Shown: in pieces, positions 53,308-64,000 of the stretch
Numbering within the stretch: the first letter of the stretch is position 1
How the letters are laid out: each line of letters begins with the position of its first letter
Source: Octopus sinensis
Taxonomy: Eukaryota
DNA length: 64,000 nt
Assembly: GCF_006345805.1 (NCBI RefSeq)
Contig: NC_042999.1
Location: 92,380,001 to 92,444,000 of the forward strand
Direction of reading: 5' to 3'
The notes under the pieces: model-generated
Seen by the model: the letters and a program-made list of their open reading frames with translations, nothing else
Database searches by the model: none
Told to the model about the DNA's origin: nothing
Position numbers and translations under genes: made by a program

Positions 53308-53942
53308 TCAAACTTCCTTTTTCTACCTCACTCTTCATGGATGGACTAACATAAATATATAAAGATACCATGCATTCATCACTTCAAGCTAAAACTTATA
53401 TTCTTTAAATATCATTTTTACTATTGTTGTTATTACTATCATTTTTATTATAAATGATATGACAATCTGAAATGCAATTGTCTATGCAGATTTATATAAT
53501 TAGAAAATAATATAAATATAGTGTTAAAATCTGAAAGTTAAGTTAACAAACAATTATATATAAAAAAGATAACGCAAATGAAGCTAAAATGATAATTTTA
53601 TAATTTGGGTTTTACCAACAGCCTTTATTGAAGAACTCAAAAGAGTTGTCTCCCCTTACTCACAACACAGGAACTGAAGAACCACAATTACTACTACTTC
53701 TTGTTCTGCCAACATCCTGAATTAAACCAAACAACACATGCTCTTAATCCCATTGGATCCTAATACCTCAAGGTAATTTTTTCGTGAACAATCATTAAAC
53801 TCAAGATACACAACGAACTCACAATGTATCGGAGTACTTATTTTTTAATTTTTGTACATTCTTATTATTATTCTTTTGCAAAAAACAATGCAATTTTCTC
53901 TTTTTCCCCTTTCTAATTTTTAAAAAACTTTTTTAACATAAA

Positions 53943-53983
53943 TATTCTTGACAAGTCATACAATGACGAAAACCGGTTGAATA
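53943..53983 (+). ncRNA. Penelope 3' hammerhead-like motif, U3-A8 variant
   Basis: TATTC-TTGACAA-GTCAT aca ATGAC-GAAA-A-CCGG-T-T-GAATA: 5-bp stem I, 5-bp stem II, palindromic ACCGGT stem III, one extra A. Confidence 0.65.
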
Positions 53984-54047
53984 AATATATATTTATATAT
54001 TTTATCAATTTCTCATTTTATTAAAATTTTCTTTCATTTGAGCATTC

Positions 54048-54078
<31 letters not shown>

Positions 54079-54130
54079 CCTTGCTTATCATTTCTCCACG
54101 TGCGGTCAACAGAACCCCACCATTTAGTGA

Positions 54131-54164
<34 letters not shown>

Positions 54165-54377
54165 ATGTTGAAATTTACAGAAAAACAAATGATGAAGACA
54201 GGTGTATAAACAGCAAGTAGGTTATTTAGTTTAACGTTCGGCAAGGTGAGAAAGTCTTTTGTGTTTTGAGCGTACGCTCTTCAACAGAAAGGAACACGAG
54301 GAAATAAACAGAATGAGAATAAAATAAACTTGTGGGTTTAGTCCTCAATGTGTGTGCTTGTATGTCTATATATATGT

Positions 54378-54757
54378 GGAGGCGCAATGGCCCAGTGGTT
54401 AGGGCAGCGGACTCGCGGTCATTGTGAGTGTTGTCATTGCAGGCGTTGTGAGTGTTTATTGAGCGAAAACACCTAAAGCTCCACGAGGCTCCGGCAGGGG
54501 ATTGTGGTGATCCCTGCTGTACTCTTTCGCCACAACTTTCTCTCACTCTTACTTCCTGTTTCTGTTGTACCTGTATTTCAAAGGGCCGGCCTTGTCACTT
54601 TCTGTGTCACGCTGAATATCTCCAAGAACTACGTTAAGGGTACACGCGTCTGTGGAGTGCTCAGCTACTTACACGTTAATTTCACGAGCAGGCTATTCCG
54701 TTGATTCGGATCAACCGGAACCCTCGTCGTCGTAACCGACGGAGTGCTTCCATCCAC

Positions 54758-54758
<1 letters not shown>
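54378..54758 (+). mobile_element. tRNA-derived SINE, family D (A box present, B box not seen)
   Basis: GGAGGCGCAATGGCCCAGTGGTTAGGGC head; where a B box is expected there is a short ttgtgagtgtt duplication; ends at (TA)n. Confidence 0.7.
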
Positions 54759-54829
<71 letters not shown>

Positions 54830-56309
54830 TGTATATATATATACATATACATATACATATATACACACACATGATTGACCGTGTGTGTGTACTCGTATGC
54901 AAAATACAATGTGTGATTTTTATAGTACATAGAGTGGTAAAATCATATGTAGACAATTTATTCTTATCAATATTTGCCTTTGTGGATGACCATCAACGCG
55001 TTTCCTTTCCTATAATTAAATATGACAAATGTTTTTCTTGAGTTTTCGATATATAAACGTAAAACTATATGCGATCTCATCTGTCCTGAAATCGCCAGAA
55101 GTTGTTTACATCATCTTTAACATCTTCTATAAGCCAATTTCTTATTATTATCTTTCCTTTTTTATACATTTGCAACTAACTTCACTAAGGATTTCTCAGA
55201 CAGTTGTTTCCGTTTTGTTTTCAGTCCATTAGAAAAACACAAATCGAAACAAATCTGTTTCCCATATGATTGTTACTGGTTGACTTATATAATCAGCTAC
55301 ACATATTTTCTTCGAATATAAATGCTTCAGTTTAAACACATGGTGTGCTCATAGTTATCATCCATTATAGGGAAGACAACCTCTCCCAGATAAAGATAAG
55401 TTGATGCGAATTTAAAAGTTTGAAATTTACATCAAAGTTTGTGTAGAGAGTATACACGTTTAATATATTTTTCATCACTATTTAAGTTATTATTTAATCT
55501 CGAAGGAGGGACACACACATATATATCTAAATTTGACGGACACAATGATCTACCAAATGTATTATCCTTCCTCTACTGGTTGCTTATACGTGACATTTTT
55601 CGAACAATATCTGCCAACATTACGAAATAATTCCGAGCATCCACAAAAATCTGTCGGCCCTGTAACACCATACCTCGCCACTTAATTTTCTGTGTCTTTG
55701 TACTCTATGTATGTTTGCTCTGTTAATATATAAATATCTATATATTTATACAGGAAAATCCATCGTCGCTATATTTTCAGTCTTTGTTTTCTCTCTATGT
55801 ACATGTATATGTGTAAGTATATTTTGACTATCTCGCCTATGCAGTTTTATTTGTTTATTTGCACCATTACATCTACATCTACATCTATATCTGCTCACCT
55901 AGATTCCTCTTATGTATGTATGTATGTATGTATGTATGTATATATATATAAGGATAATGAGAAAGCATATACAATTAGCTGGGAGTTAATTAGTAGAGCT
56001 AATTAGTAGAGGTAGAAGACGGTGTAAATTAGAAGAAATTTAGCAAATTCTTACAGCAAATTTAAATTAATAAACCACAGGCAGGAAAGCGCAATAAGAT
56101 GTATTCATCAATCGAAGTCTACCTTTAAGAGATTTAAATAATTGCATGATACGTTCTGCTAAAATTAGAATCGGAATTTAAGTAAGCCATAGCAAATAAA
56201 GAACTTAATTAGATCTAAATTCGTACATAAATTGAGGTTAAGTTTAAAGAGTTGAAAACGAATTATAAGTTGAATTTAAAATTAGCAAATAAATAATTGA
56301 CGCATAGTT

Positions 56310-56735
56310 TATTATTATTATTACTCTATGTTTGACTTTTGCTTTACATTTGTACGAGTTGGTTCCAGGTTTCACCCAGAGACCTCAAGAGACAAGTAGT
56401 AAGTTCATGTTGGTGTTATGCCTAGAGTGCCATATATTTGGTTTTGTACTTAGTGTTGTACTAGTGAATGTTTAAGAAACCATAAGAACATAGAGATTAC
56501 ATAGAAAGTATTTTGCGTAGGATATGAACAGTTCCCATGAGCATTATCTTTTGAATTTCTGATATTTTTGGGTTTCCTGGTATCTGAGCTAGGTAGCAAT
56601 GAGCCCCTTTTACTATCATTCCCAGGGCACCTATGACAACAGGTATTGTTTTAGTCTTTATATTTGCTCAGTTTTTGGTAGGTCTTGACAGATATGTTTA
56701 TATCGATTGGGACAACGAGGAGGCATGATATTTGT
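56310..56735 (-). mobile_element. Third R4/Dong lineage-1 3' fragment with (TAA)n tail
   Basis: Nearly the same 3'UTR and REL tail as 3640-4135, with an internal deletion. Confidence 0.88.
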
Positions 56736-57340
56736 GTGAAGTCTTTTTTCAGTATCAGATAACTGATTGCTTTTCTGCACCCTTTCAGCTGAAACATCAC
56801 ATGTGAAGAATGTAGGTTGAACTGTGATTTGTTATCGAAATCGAAGTCAGAAAATAGCTTTTAAGAGTTCAACAATTTCTCTGCAAAAGGTGGACATTCT
56901 GTTGAGATAATTTAACATGTTGCTCCTACTTTATTGACAACGCACAATCTCTATTTTGGCAGAAATGTCTCCAAATATTTCATTTTATCATATCATCTAC
57001 CTTATTGATTACCACATATGCACCACCAGGTAGATACTTTGTAACTGATTTCTTCAGGCTCGTTTCTACAGATACTGCTGATGAATCAGATTCACTTTCT
57101 ACATCTAGGGGTTAGTACTGTGAAATTAAGGTGATCTTAAAAAAGCACTCCATAATGTTCTATTTTTCCTTTGAATAGAGTTACTTTTTGGCCCATCTAT
57201 TGAATTTAGCTTCGACACAACTTTATTTTCTCTAAAAATGAGAAGTACTATCTGTCAGAATCCAAAGTATTAACATCGTTGTCAAATATTAGAAGTATTG
57301 GCTATTATAGCAAATACGAAGCATCACCTTTAGCAGAGTA

Positions 57341-57555
57341 CGAGGGGATACTGCAAAGTTCCTGGCTTTGGATAAAAGAAATTACAGGAGGATCTTAATT
57401 ATGATTTTATCCAACACATTCCCCTCTCAGATTCACACACTTATTGCAGCGGCCCTTCATTTTCCCTCAGCCTTGTAAAAGAACTTGGAAGGTTGGGTCG
57501 TCAACCAGGCCTTTTGCGATACTCTTAAAATTAGGAACTTTTCACCACCCTCTCG
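57341..57555. mobile_element. 215-bp mariner-derived MITE
   Basis: TA TSD on both sides; imperfect TIRs CGAGGGGATACTGCAAAGTTCCT / CGAGAGGGTGGTGAAAAGTTCCT. Confidence 0.85.
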
Positions 57556-58028
57556 TACATACAGATTAAAAGCCATCTCAATACATGTAAGTTCAAACCT
57601 TTGGCAACTTCTAGATGCTCCTGTGATATGTGTTGAGTTTTTTTTTTATCGTGCTGGTATTAAGTTAATGGTGACTGTATCATTCCGTTCTTAGAGGATA
57701 ATTAACAGAAAGATGGCAGTAATGTCGAAACAGAGAAATTGTGGCACTGTGGAATCTCCTCTTTTGCTCTTCTTGATTTTACAGCACTTAATAATTTCCC
57801 ATTTGCATGCAAATGTGGAATACATAATATCGTATTACATGATATTTGTGCAAAAAAGAACTAAACTAAATTTATTTTGCAAAAATGAAGATGATCGTTA
57901 TACGTTTCGTATTAATTTCTACAGAACCATGAAATACTGCACGCTTATTTTATTTACTATGTAAGAGTAACAAAAGTAATACACTGCAAAAATTATCTAT
58001 AAGTATTAAAAAAACTAATACTACCCAG

Positions 58029-58065
<37 letters not shown>

Positions 58066-58133
58066 CAAATTTTACAGCAATAAGATAAACAGACAGCTAA
58101 CAAAGCACATGATGATCCTTAGCATATGAAATA

Positions 58134-59424
58134 CAAAGCTGGGATAAGAAGTTCATAGGATGACTATGAAAGAGTGATGCTAGAACTATAATATCTTGCA
58201 TGCATTAATTTCAACCCTTCTTATTAATAAATACATTGTTTCTTTCCGAGTAAGCTGACAGCTCACTGTTCAAAGAGGACTTCAAATGTAACTGGTAGTG
58301 ACGTCTCTTGAAAAATGAACGAAATTTGGCATCGTGGTTTTATCAAGTACCGGCAGAAAAATGCTTTAGTCCTCAACGGCATACATGCTGACATAAGTGC
58401 TATATTAGGGGATGACGCTCCAGCTTTATCAACAGTGCAAAAGTGGGCAGCTGAAGTTAGGAGGGAAGGGGAGAAACTTGAAGATGACCCAAAGTATGGA
58501 CGTCATGCAACTTCTACCAACGAGGAAAAAATCGATCGTCTTCCCCACATGATGGATGACAAGCGACTGATTTTAAATCAAATAGCCAATGTTATTAGTA
58601 TATCCTGTGAGAGAGCTGAGAATATTCTGCGCAATGAACTTGGCATGACGAATGTTTCTGCTCGGTGGACGCCACGTTTTCTGACACCTGATCAAAAGCG
58701 AACCAAGCAGATCACATCACGGGAAAATTTGATATCGTTTTGAGGCAGATCCAGCTGGTTTCCTTGAACGTCTCCTAAGCCAGTATTAGTATTGGCTTCA
58801 TCGCTCTGCGCTAGAGACAAAAGACAATATATAAAGAGGAAACACTCCGCCTCACTTGCTTCAAAGAAGCCAAGTTCATTTCATTTTCATGAAGGTGAAT
58901 CCCCACAGTCTTTTAGGATGAAAAAGGCATTGTGTTTATTGACTATCTTCAAAAAGGTCACACCATCAATGGAGTGTACTATGCCAGCTTATCGAGAGAG
59001 TTACAAAAGTCGATCAAGACCAAACGCCCAGGCAAACTAAGGAAAGTTTTCATGTTTCATCAGGACAATGCTCCAGCACACAAGTCCTTAGTTTTAATGG
59101 CTACTGTGCGTGACTATGGTTTTGAACTGGCTGATCAACTTTCCTAATCTCCTGATTTGGCTCCATCTGACTATCGCCTGTTCCCGAACATAAAAAGCAC
59201 TTGGCTGGGAACCAATATCGCAGAGATGATAGAATCATATCTGCTGCTGATAAGTTTTGTGACCAACTAGATGGAAGCTTCTTCATTAAGGAAATCTAAA
59301 TACTGCAACACTGACGGAAGAAGTGTGTGGAGTGCAAGAAGGACTGTGTTAAAAAATAAACCCCATTTGAGCACATTGCATGGGAATATCTAGGTTAGTC
59401 TATGAACTTTTCAGTCGATCCTCG
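58134..59424 (+). mobile_element. Full-length (1291 bp) decayed mariner, DD34D
   Basis: TA-flanked TIRs sharing AAGTTCATAG; ARWTPRFLT (WVPHEL-like); FHQDNAPAH followed by 34 residues to SPDLAPSD. Stops and frameshifts present. Confidence 0.92.
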
Positions 59425-59935
59425 TAAGTAAAACAGCGCACAAGATCTCTAAACAATTACATAAAGTTATCAAATAATATACAGCTGTGAATTGCAGTAT
59501 ACGGTGATGTGAAGAGGTCTTTGAGATATTGGGAGAAATCAATGCAGTAGACAACATTTCTTTAAAGGTAGAAATTTACTGACTAAAGTTCCAGTGAGAC
59601 AAACACTAATCATCATATCAGCCGCGTTACCAGCTATAAAACTGCGAAAAGTATTAATGTTCTGTACAACAGAAGTATTCTTTCACTGTCCACAAAGGCA
59701 AATTACATAAACAAAAAGGCAAAGTAACCATGACTACTCCTCAGATTTCAAAGTTTGAAGTTTTCTATGTGGCCACAGTAGCTAGCTAAATGGCACAAAG
59801 ATATGTCATGTGAGAATATTAATTTCCTTATAACTGAGTGATTTTTCCGTGTTGATGGCATTGATTACAAATAAGACCAATCCTCGCGCGAAATAGGTAG
59901 GGGAAAATAGAGAAAGTAAGCGTTAGTTGTGACAG

Positions 59936-59990
59936 CTGTTGTTGTTGTTGTTGTTGTTGTTGTTGCTGCTGCTGCTGCGGCTGCTGAGAC
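59936..59990. repeat. (GTT)n/(GCT)n microsatellite
   Basis: Directly visible. Confidence 0.9.
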
Positions 59991-61144
59991 TACTGCTGAC
60001 CTTGCGCTTTGTACATTTTACCTTAACTGTTCTCTTTCGTTTCACATTAGCAGTTACTTCCGATGATGACAAAGTGACACTAATTGAACAATTCTGGTTT
60101 CAGTTTACAACGTTTTGCCACAATCTCAGATCATTCCAATTATTTTGAAGGTTGACTTTGATGGTTTTGTAACAGCGGAGAGGAAATGATTGTGGTCTTT
60201 TCTATGCGGTTTACAATTTCACTAAATCTAACTATGCATAAGTCTAAATTCATCCGCAATAAGGAAATGTATGTCATTCTACAAGCTTCTTCAACGAGGT
60301 GTAAATCTACAGCCGTATTTTCCTGATTTAAAAAAAGTGACTGTGTATGGTATGTATGATCTTGTCAAATCCTGTCCCACGAGGATTCATATTTTTGAAT
60401 GTAAGATGCTGTCAGCTGAAGGAGTTTATGCTCTTGCAATTAGCTGTTTACGGAAGAGGAAAGCTTTAAAAATGACGATGCCCATCATTGATCTTTTTTG
60501 CTTTTGTTTCTGTTATTAGTAAAGCCTTACTTCTACAGAAAAATAGCTGTTTCGATGCAGGTTTTGAAAGGTAGCATTTTTAATTTTATCACTGACCGAA
60601 CAATACTAAATAAAAATAAAGTTTGTGCATTGCTACCCATGTTAAATAATTTTTTTTACTGTAAGTGTATTTTGTAATTTTAGTGTCTGTAGTTTCACAC
60701 ACTCACACGTACGCACTCACGCACGCACGCACGCATGCACGCACACATGCACGCACGTACACAAACAGTGTACTGTTCCGTGATGGGTAGATCAACAAAA
60801 AGTGCTCCATCTGGTGAGAGGTAAATATTTAATAAGCACAATATATGAGCTACTATGAGCTACTATTAGTTTCATACGATGAAAGCAACTCAGACAACAT
60901 TTTTTGATGCATCTGGTACCTTGACGCTGTCCTTAGGCAGTGCCTACATAGCATATCAAGCTAAAAACGGGACGACAGGCTGAAAGAAAAAGCGAGAAAG
61001 AAGTAAATATAGAAAATAAAGAACCGGAAAACGAAAAAGAAAACAGAAAAAAGCTAAAGGGGGAAAATTAGATTTCTGTCGCCTTTCACTGTAAATTCAT
61101 AAGGCTGAAAGGTTAGTGGACTAGAGTCTGGTTAGTACAGCGGC

Positions 61145-61500
61145 TCAATCTGGAGAGAGTGGTAGTTTCCAATTCGCCAACAGGAATTTACCCTTATGTT
61201 TGCAACTGCTGAAAATTCAGATCTGGTATTCAGCAGTGTAGTATAGTTCTTAGATCTGAAAAGGATCTGTGTTCTTTCAGATACGCATAGATTAAATATT
61301 TTTGATCCGTGGACATGGTGTGGTTTTTTAAAACTATTTTCCACTTTACTGCATGTGATGTGGTATTACATTTAAAACCCCATACATGGCTGGCCATCTT
61401 AGTGTCTTTACTTTTGTCCCCGTGTCGGAAAGAAGATATGTGGTTAACATAGCAATTTTTGAAGTCGATTTCACATAACCCGATGTAGCCCTTCTTTCAG
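61145..61500 (-). mobile_element. 3' fragment of a second, different Penelope-like lineage (GIY-YIG)
   Basis: Manual translation YIGLCEIDFKNCYVNHISSFRH...TKMASHVW...VKWKIV, then NLCVSERT..TLLNTRSE and SCKHKGKFLLANWK. Confidence 0.85.
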
Positions 61501-61566
61501 TTGCGTGATACATACATACATACATACATACATACATACATACATACATACATACATACATACAAC

Positions 61567-61633
<67 letters not shown>

Positions 61634-62949
61634 AAACAGAAATCGAATCTCCCTAATTTTCCACTATATCATTTTAAATTAAAAACGCCTTCGGAAAATT
61701 TATATATACTGTCTATTAAAAATAAAATGATCGATTGGTTACAAGTGGACTGCTTTTTGATTATAAGTCCGTTTAATAAGAGCTAACCAGGATCTAAATA
61801 ACGTCTTTTGCTTTAAATTAGTTGATTTAAAAAAAAACCGTTTTGCAAAATGTCGTTTCAACAGTTATCTGGTGTAGTTTAGTTACAAGTGATTATCTCT
61901 TAAAACTGGAACATACCATCAATGAAGATGTCTAACACTGTAAATTAGATTTCAGGGAGCTGAAACTATAGTCTTCCTCTGATAGTGTATCTATCTTGCA
62001 GAGATGTATACATTAACAGAACGTGAAGAATTTTGAGTATTTTTGTTTTAAGTGTATCACAAGTTATGTTAAATTAACTTAGACATTAAGATTGATGTAG
62101 AAGGAGATATTAAATGTCATTTCTAACCAACATACATATGTAAAACGAAAGCTGTTTTCATTAAATCGGAGCAGATTGGAGAGACGTCATTAAAAGAAAA
62201 AAACCATTGAAACTTGTTTCTTACTGTATATTTCCGACATCCAAAATATTTCTTGTGATGTATGATGGCGCAGTTTATTTTGACGACCTACTCGACAAGT
62301 TCTCTGAGCCTCTCCCTTGAAAGAAGCTATGAAATCTAACTGTAATTATAGATGGCTTCTGTACCGTTAGGCGATGTGTTTGAGATGTAACAGCGATTTT
62401 GCAAGTTGCAATTTGTGAGGAATTTATATCTCCTTCAAATCACAACTTCCTACCATAACAATAGAGTGCAGTTCTGCGTATATAAAAGTCGGTATAGTCA
62501 CTGCTTGAACGCCTTTAATTATATAACCCCCACTCTTTAACGATATCAGAAAGTATTGTTCGGTAGCATCCGTAAACAGAATGCTAAAAAAACCTGTCAT
62601 TACTGGATGTTTCAAGCGCCTTAGAGTTGTTCGAAGGAAACGTTTAAGCATTCCGTTTATCTAACCACTTCTTGCTTTAAGCAATACATTGATCATTATG
62701 CACCACAAGCAGAATGTTTTGTACTCAACAATATTGCGTGAGTCAATTCCTAAAAGTGCTGTGACAATTAGTTAAAGGTTAAAATATTGCTAAATGCAAA
62801 TAACCAAGATGTCATTCAACTATCTTCTTGCTAACAACATGGCTAGCAGTTAAAAATAAGGTAACCATTGTGATAACTTATTGATAAATACAGTTGTTTA
62901 CGGCAGATGTAAAAAAAAAAATATTATTCGTATGAGACATAGATGTATG

Positions 62950-63200
62950 TTTGTTTTACATCTTCTTCCATCTTTTTGGCGCTGTCTTCGAATGAGTCCC
63001 TGTACTTGGAGCATCTGGTGGGTGATATGTAGTGCATATTACCATTTTGATCTGTTTAATGTGTACTACAAGAGTGTCGTAAGCAGTTTGATTGTGACAG
63101 CAGTTCGAAACAGGTTTTGGTATGTGTATCTCAGCATCTTCCACTTCACTGGTCAGATGTGTTTCTGTTAGTGCCACGCATGTTGCTCGATTACATGAAA
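62950..63200 (-). mobile_element. APE endonuclease fragment of a CR1/Crack-type LINE
   Basis: ALTETHLTSEVEDAEIHIP...DTLVVHIKQIKMVICTTYHPPD (the xxETW/H and YRPP motifs). Confidence 0.75.
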
Positions 63201-63567
63201 CTAAGTCTCTCAGGTATGGAGTTTTTCACTGATATACAGTAGGAATACTGGTATAGCATATAGTGTTAGTAGAGGCAACAGGTCTATAATATGTATGTAT
63301 GCATTTATGTATGTATGTATGCATAAATAATATGTATATGTCGATATATGTATGTGTGTGCATGTATACATTTGTATGAGAGTGTGTATGTATGGGTATG
63401 TGTGTGCATATACATCGCTTACGCAAAGTAAAAGACAACTGACTCCTGGCAAGAAGTTTCTCTTCCTTGGTATAAAAAAAGATGCTTGATGTCCTGACAA
63501 CCACCCCCTGATACACTCTCACGCACAAATATATTGAAAGCATGTATGTAAAGTTATAAACCTAACT

Positions 63568-63732
<165 letters not shown>

Positions 63733-64000
63733 CATATACATATGCACCCGTATACACCTACATATACACACATTAATAAATACATGTATGTAGGCATATG
63801 TATTCAAAAATATAAACAAACATATACATAATACATATATACATGTATATGTGTGTGTGTGTGTTTGTGTGTATGTGTATATCTGTGTATGTACACACAT
63901 ATATATTGAGAGAGGGAGAGAGATTAGAGATGAGATAGTTGAGCTAGACAGTTGTGTTTATACATCTAACTTCAATTGACTCGACTGGAAGTAGCGATAC

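Larger units (their letters stand above)
51203..54076. mobile_element. Young Penelope-like element with 5' inversion, 3' region and poly(A)
   Basis: Inverted RT segment (51203-53096), forward GIY-YIG C-terminus (53097-53307), hammerhead-like motif at 53943, A-tract at 54054-54076. Confidence 0.9.

Noticed and set aside
61074-61106. CTTATGA-stem-GAAA-GGCG-AC downstream of the second Penelope fragment (minus strand)
   Set aside because: The position is suggestive, but G5 and U16.1 are altered and stem I does not pair.

Overview
AT-rich, microsatellite-saturated eukaryotic DNA that looks intergenic or intronic. The repeat landscape (tRNA-derived SINEs, R4/Dong, RTE, CR1-type and Penelope retroelements, (TACA)n/(TA)n/(TAA)n arrays) suggests an octopod cephalopod; this is inference, not a database result. 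I cannot support any host protein-coding gene, rRNA, tRNA gene or CRISPR array, and most ORF-track entries are microsatellite artefacts. The window is a layered archive of mobile elements: (1) a young Penelope-like element whose stop-free RT/GIY-YIG frame is split by a 5' inversion with a 60-bp duplication, inserted into a decayed Sola3-like DNA transposon; (2) a complete 2.7-kb non-autonomous LTR element with ~99% identical LTRs, a tRNA-Trp PBS, a PPT and a CTAG TSD; (3) three IS630-Tc1-mariner lineages (DD36E-, DD37E- and DD34D-spaced) plus a MITE; (4) R4/Dong fragments of two lineages tied to different microsatellites; (5) HERO-, RTE-, CR1/Crack- and possibly Tx1-like remnants; and (6) a ~260-bp foldback palindrome. 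The main hidden signal is a dispersed set of five minimal type-I hammerhead-ribozyme-shaped motifs. Two carry the compensatory U3-A8 core variant, and one of those lies at the Penelope 3' end. All alignments and folds were done by eye, so boundaries of degenerate elements are approximate.
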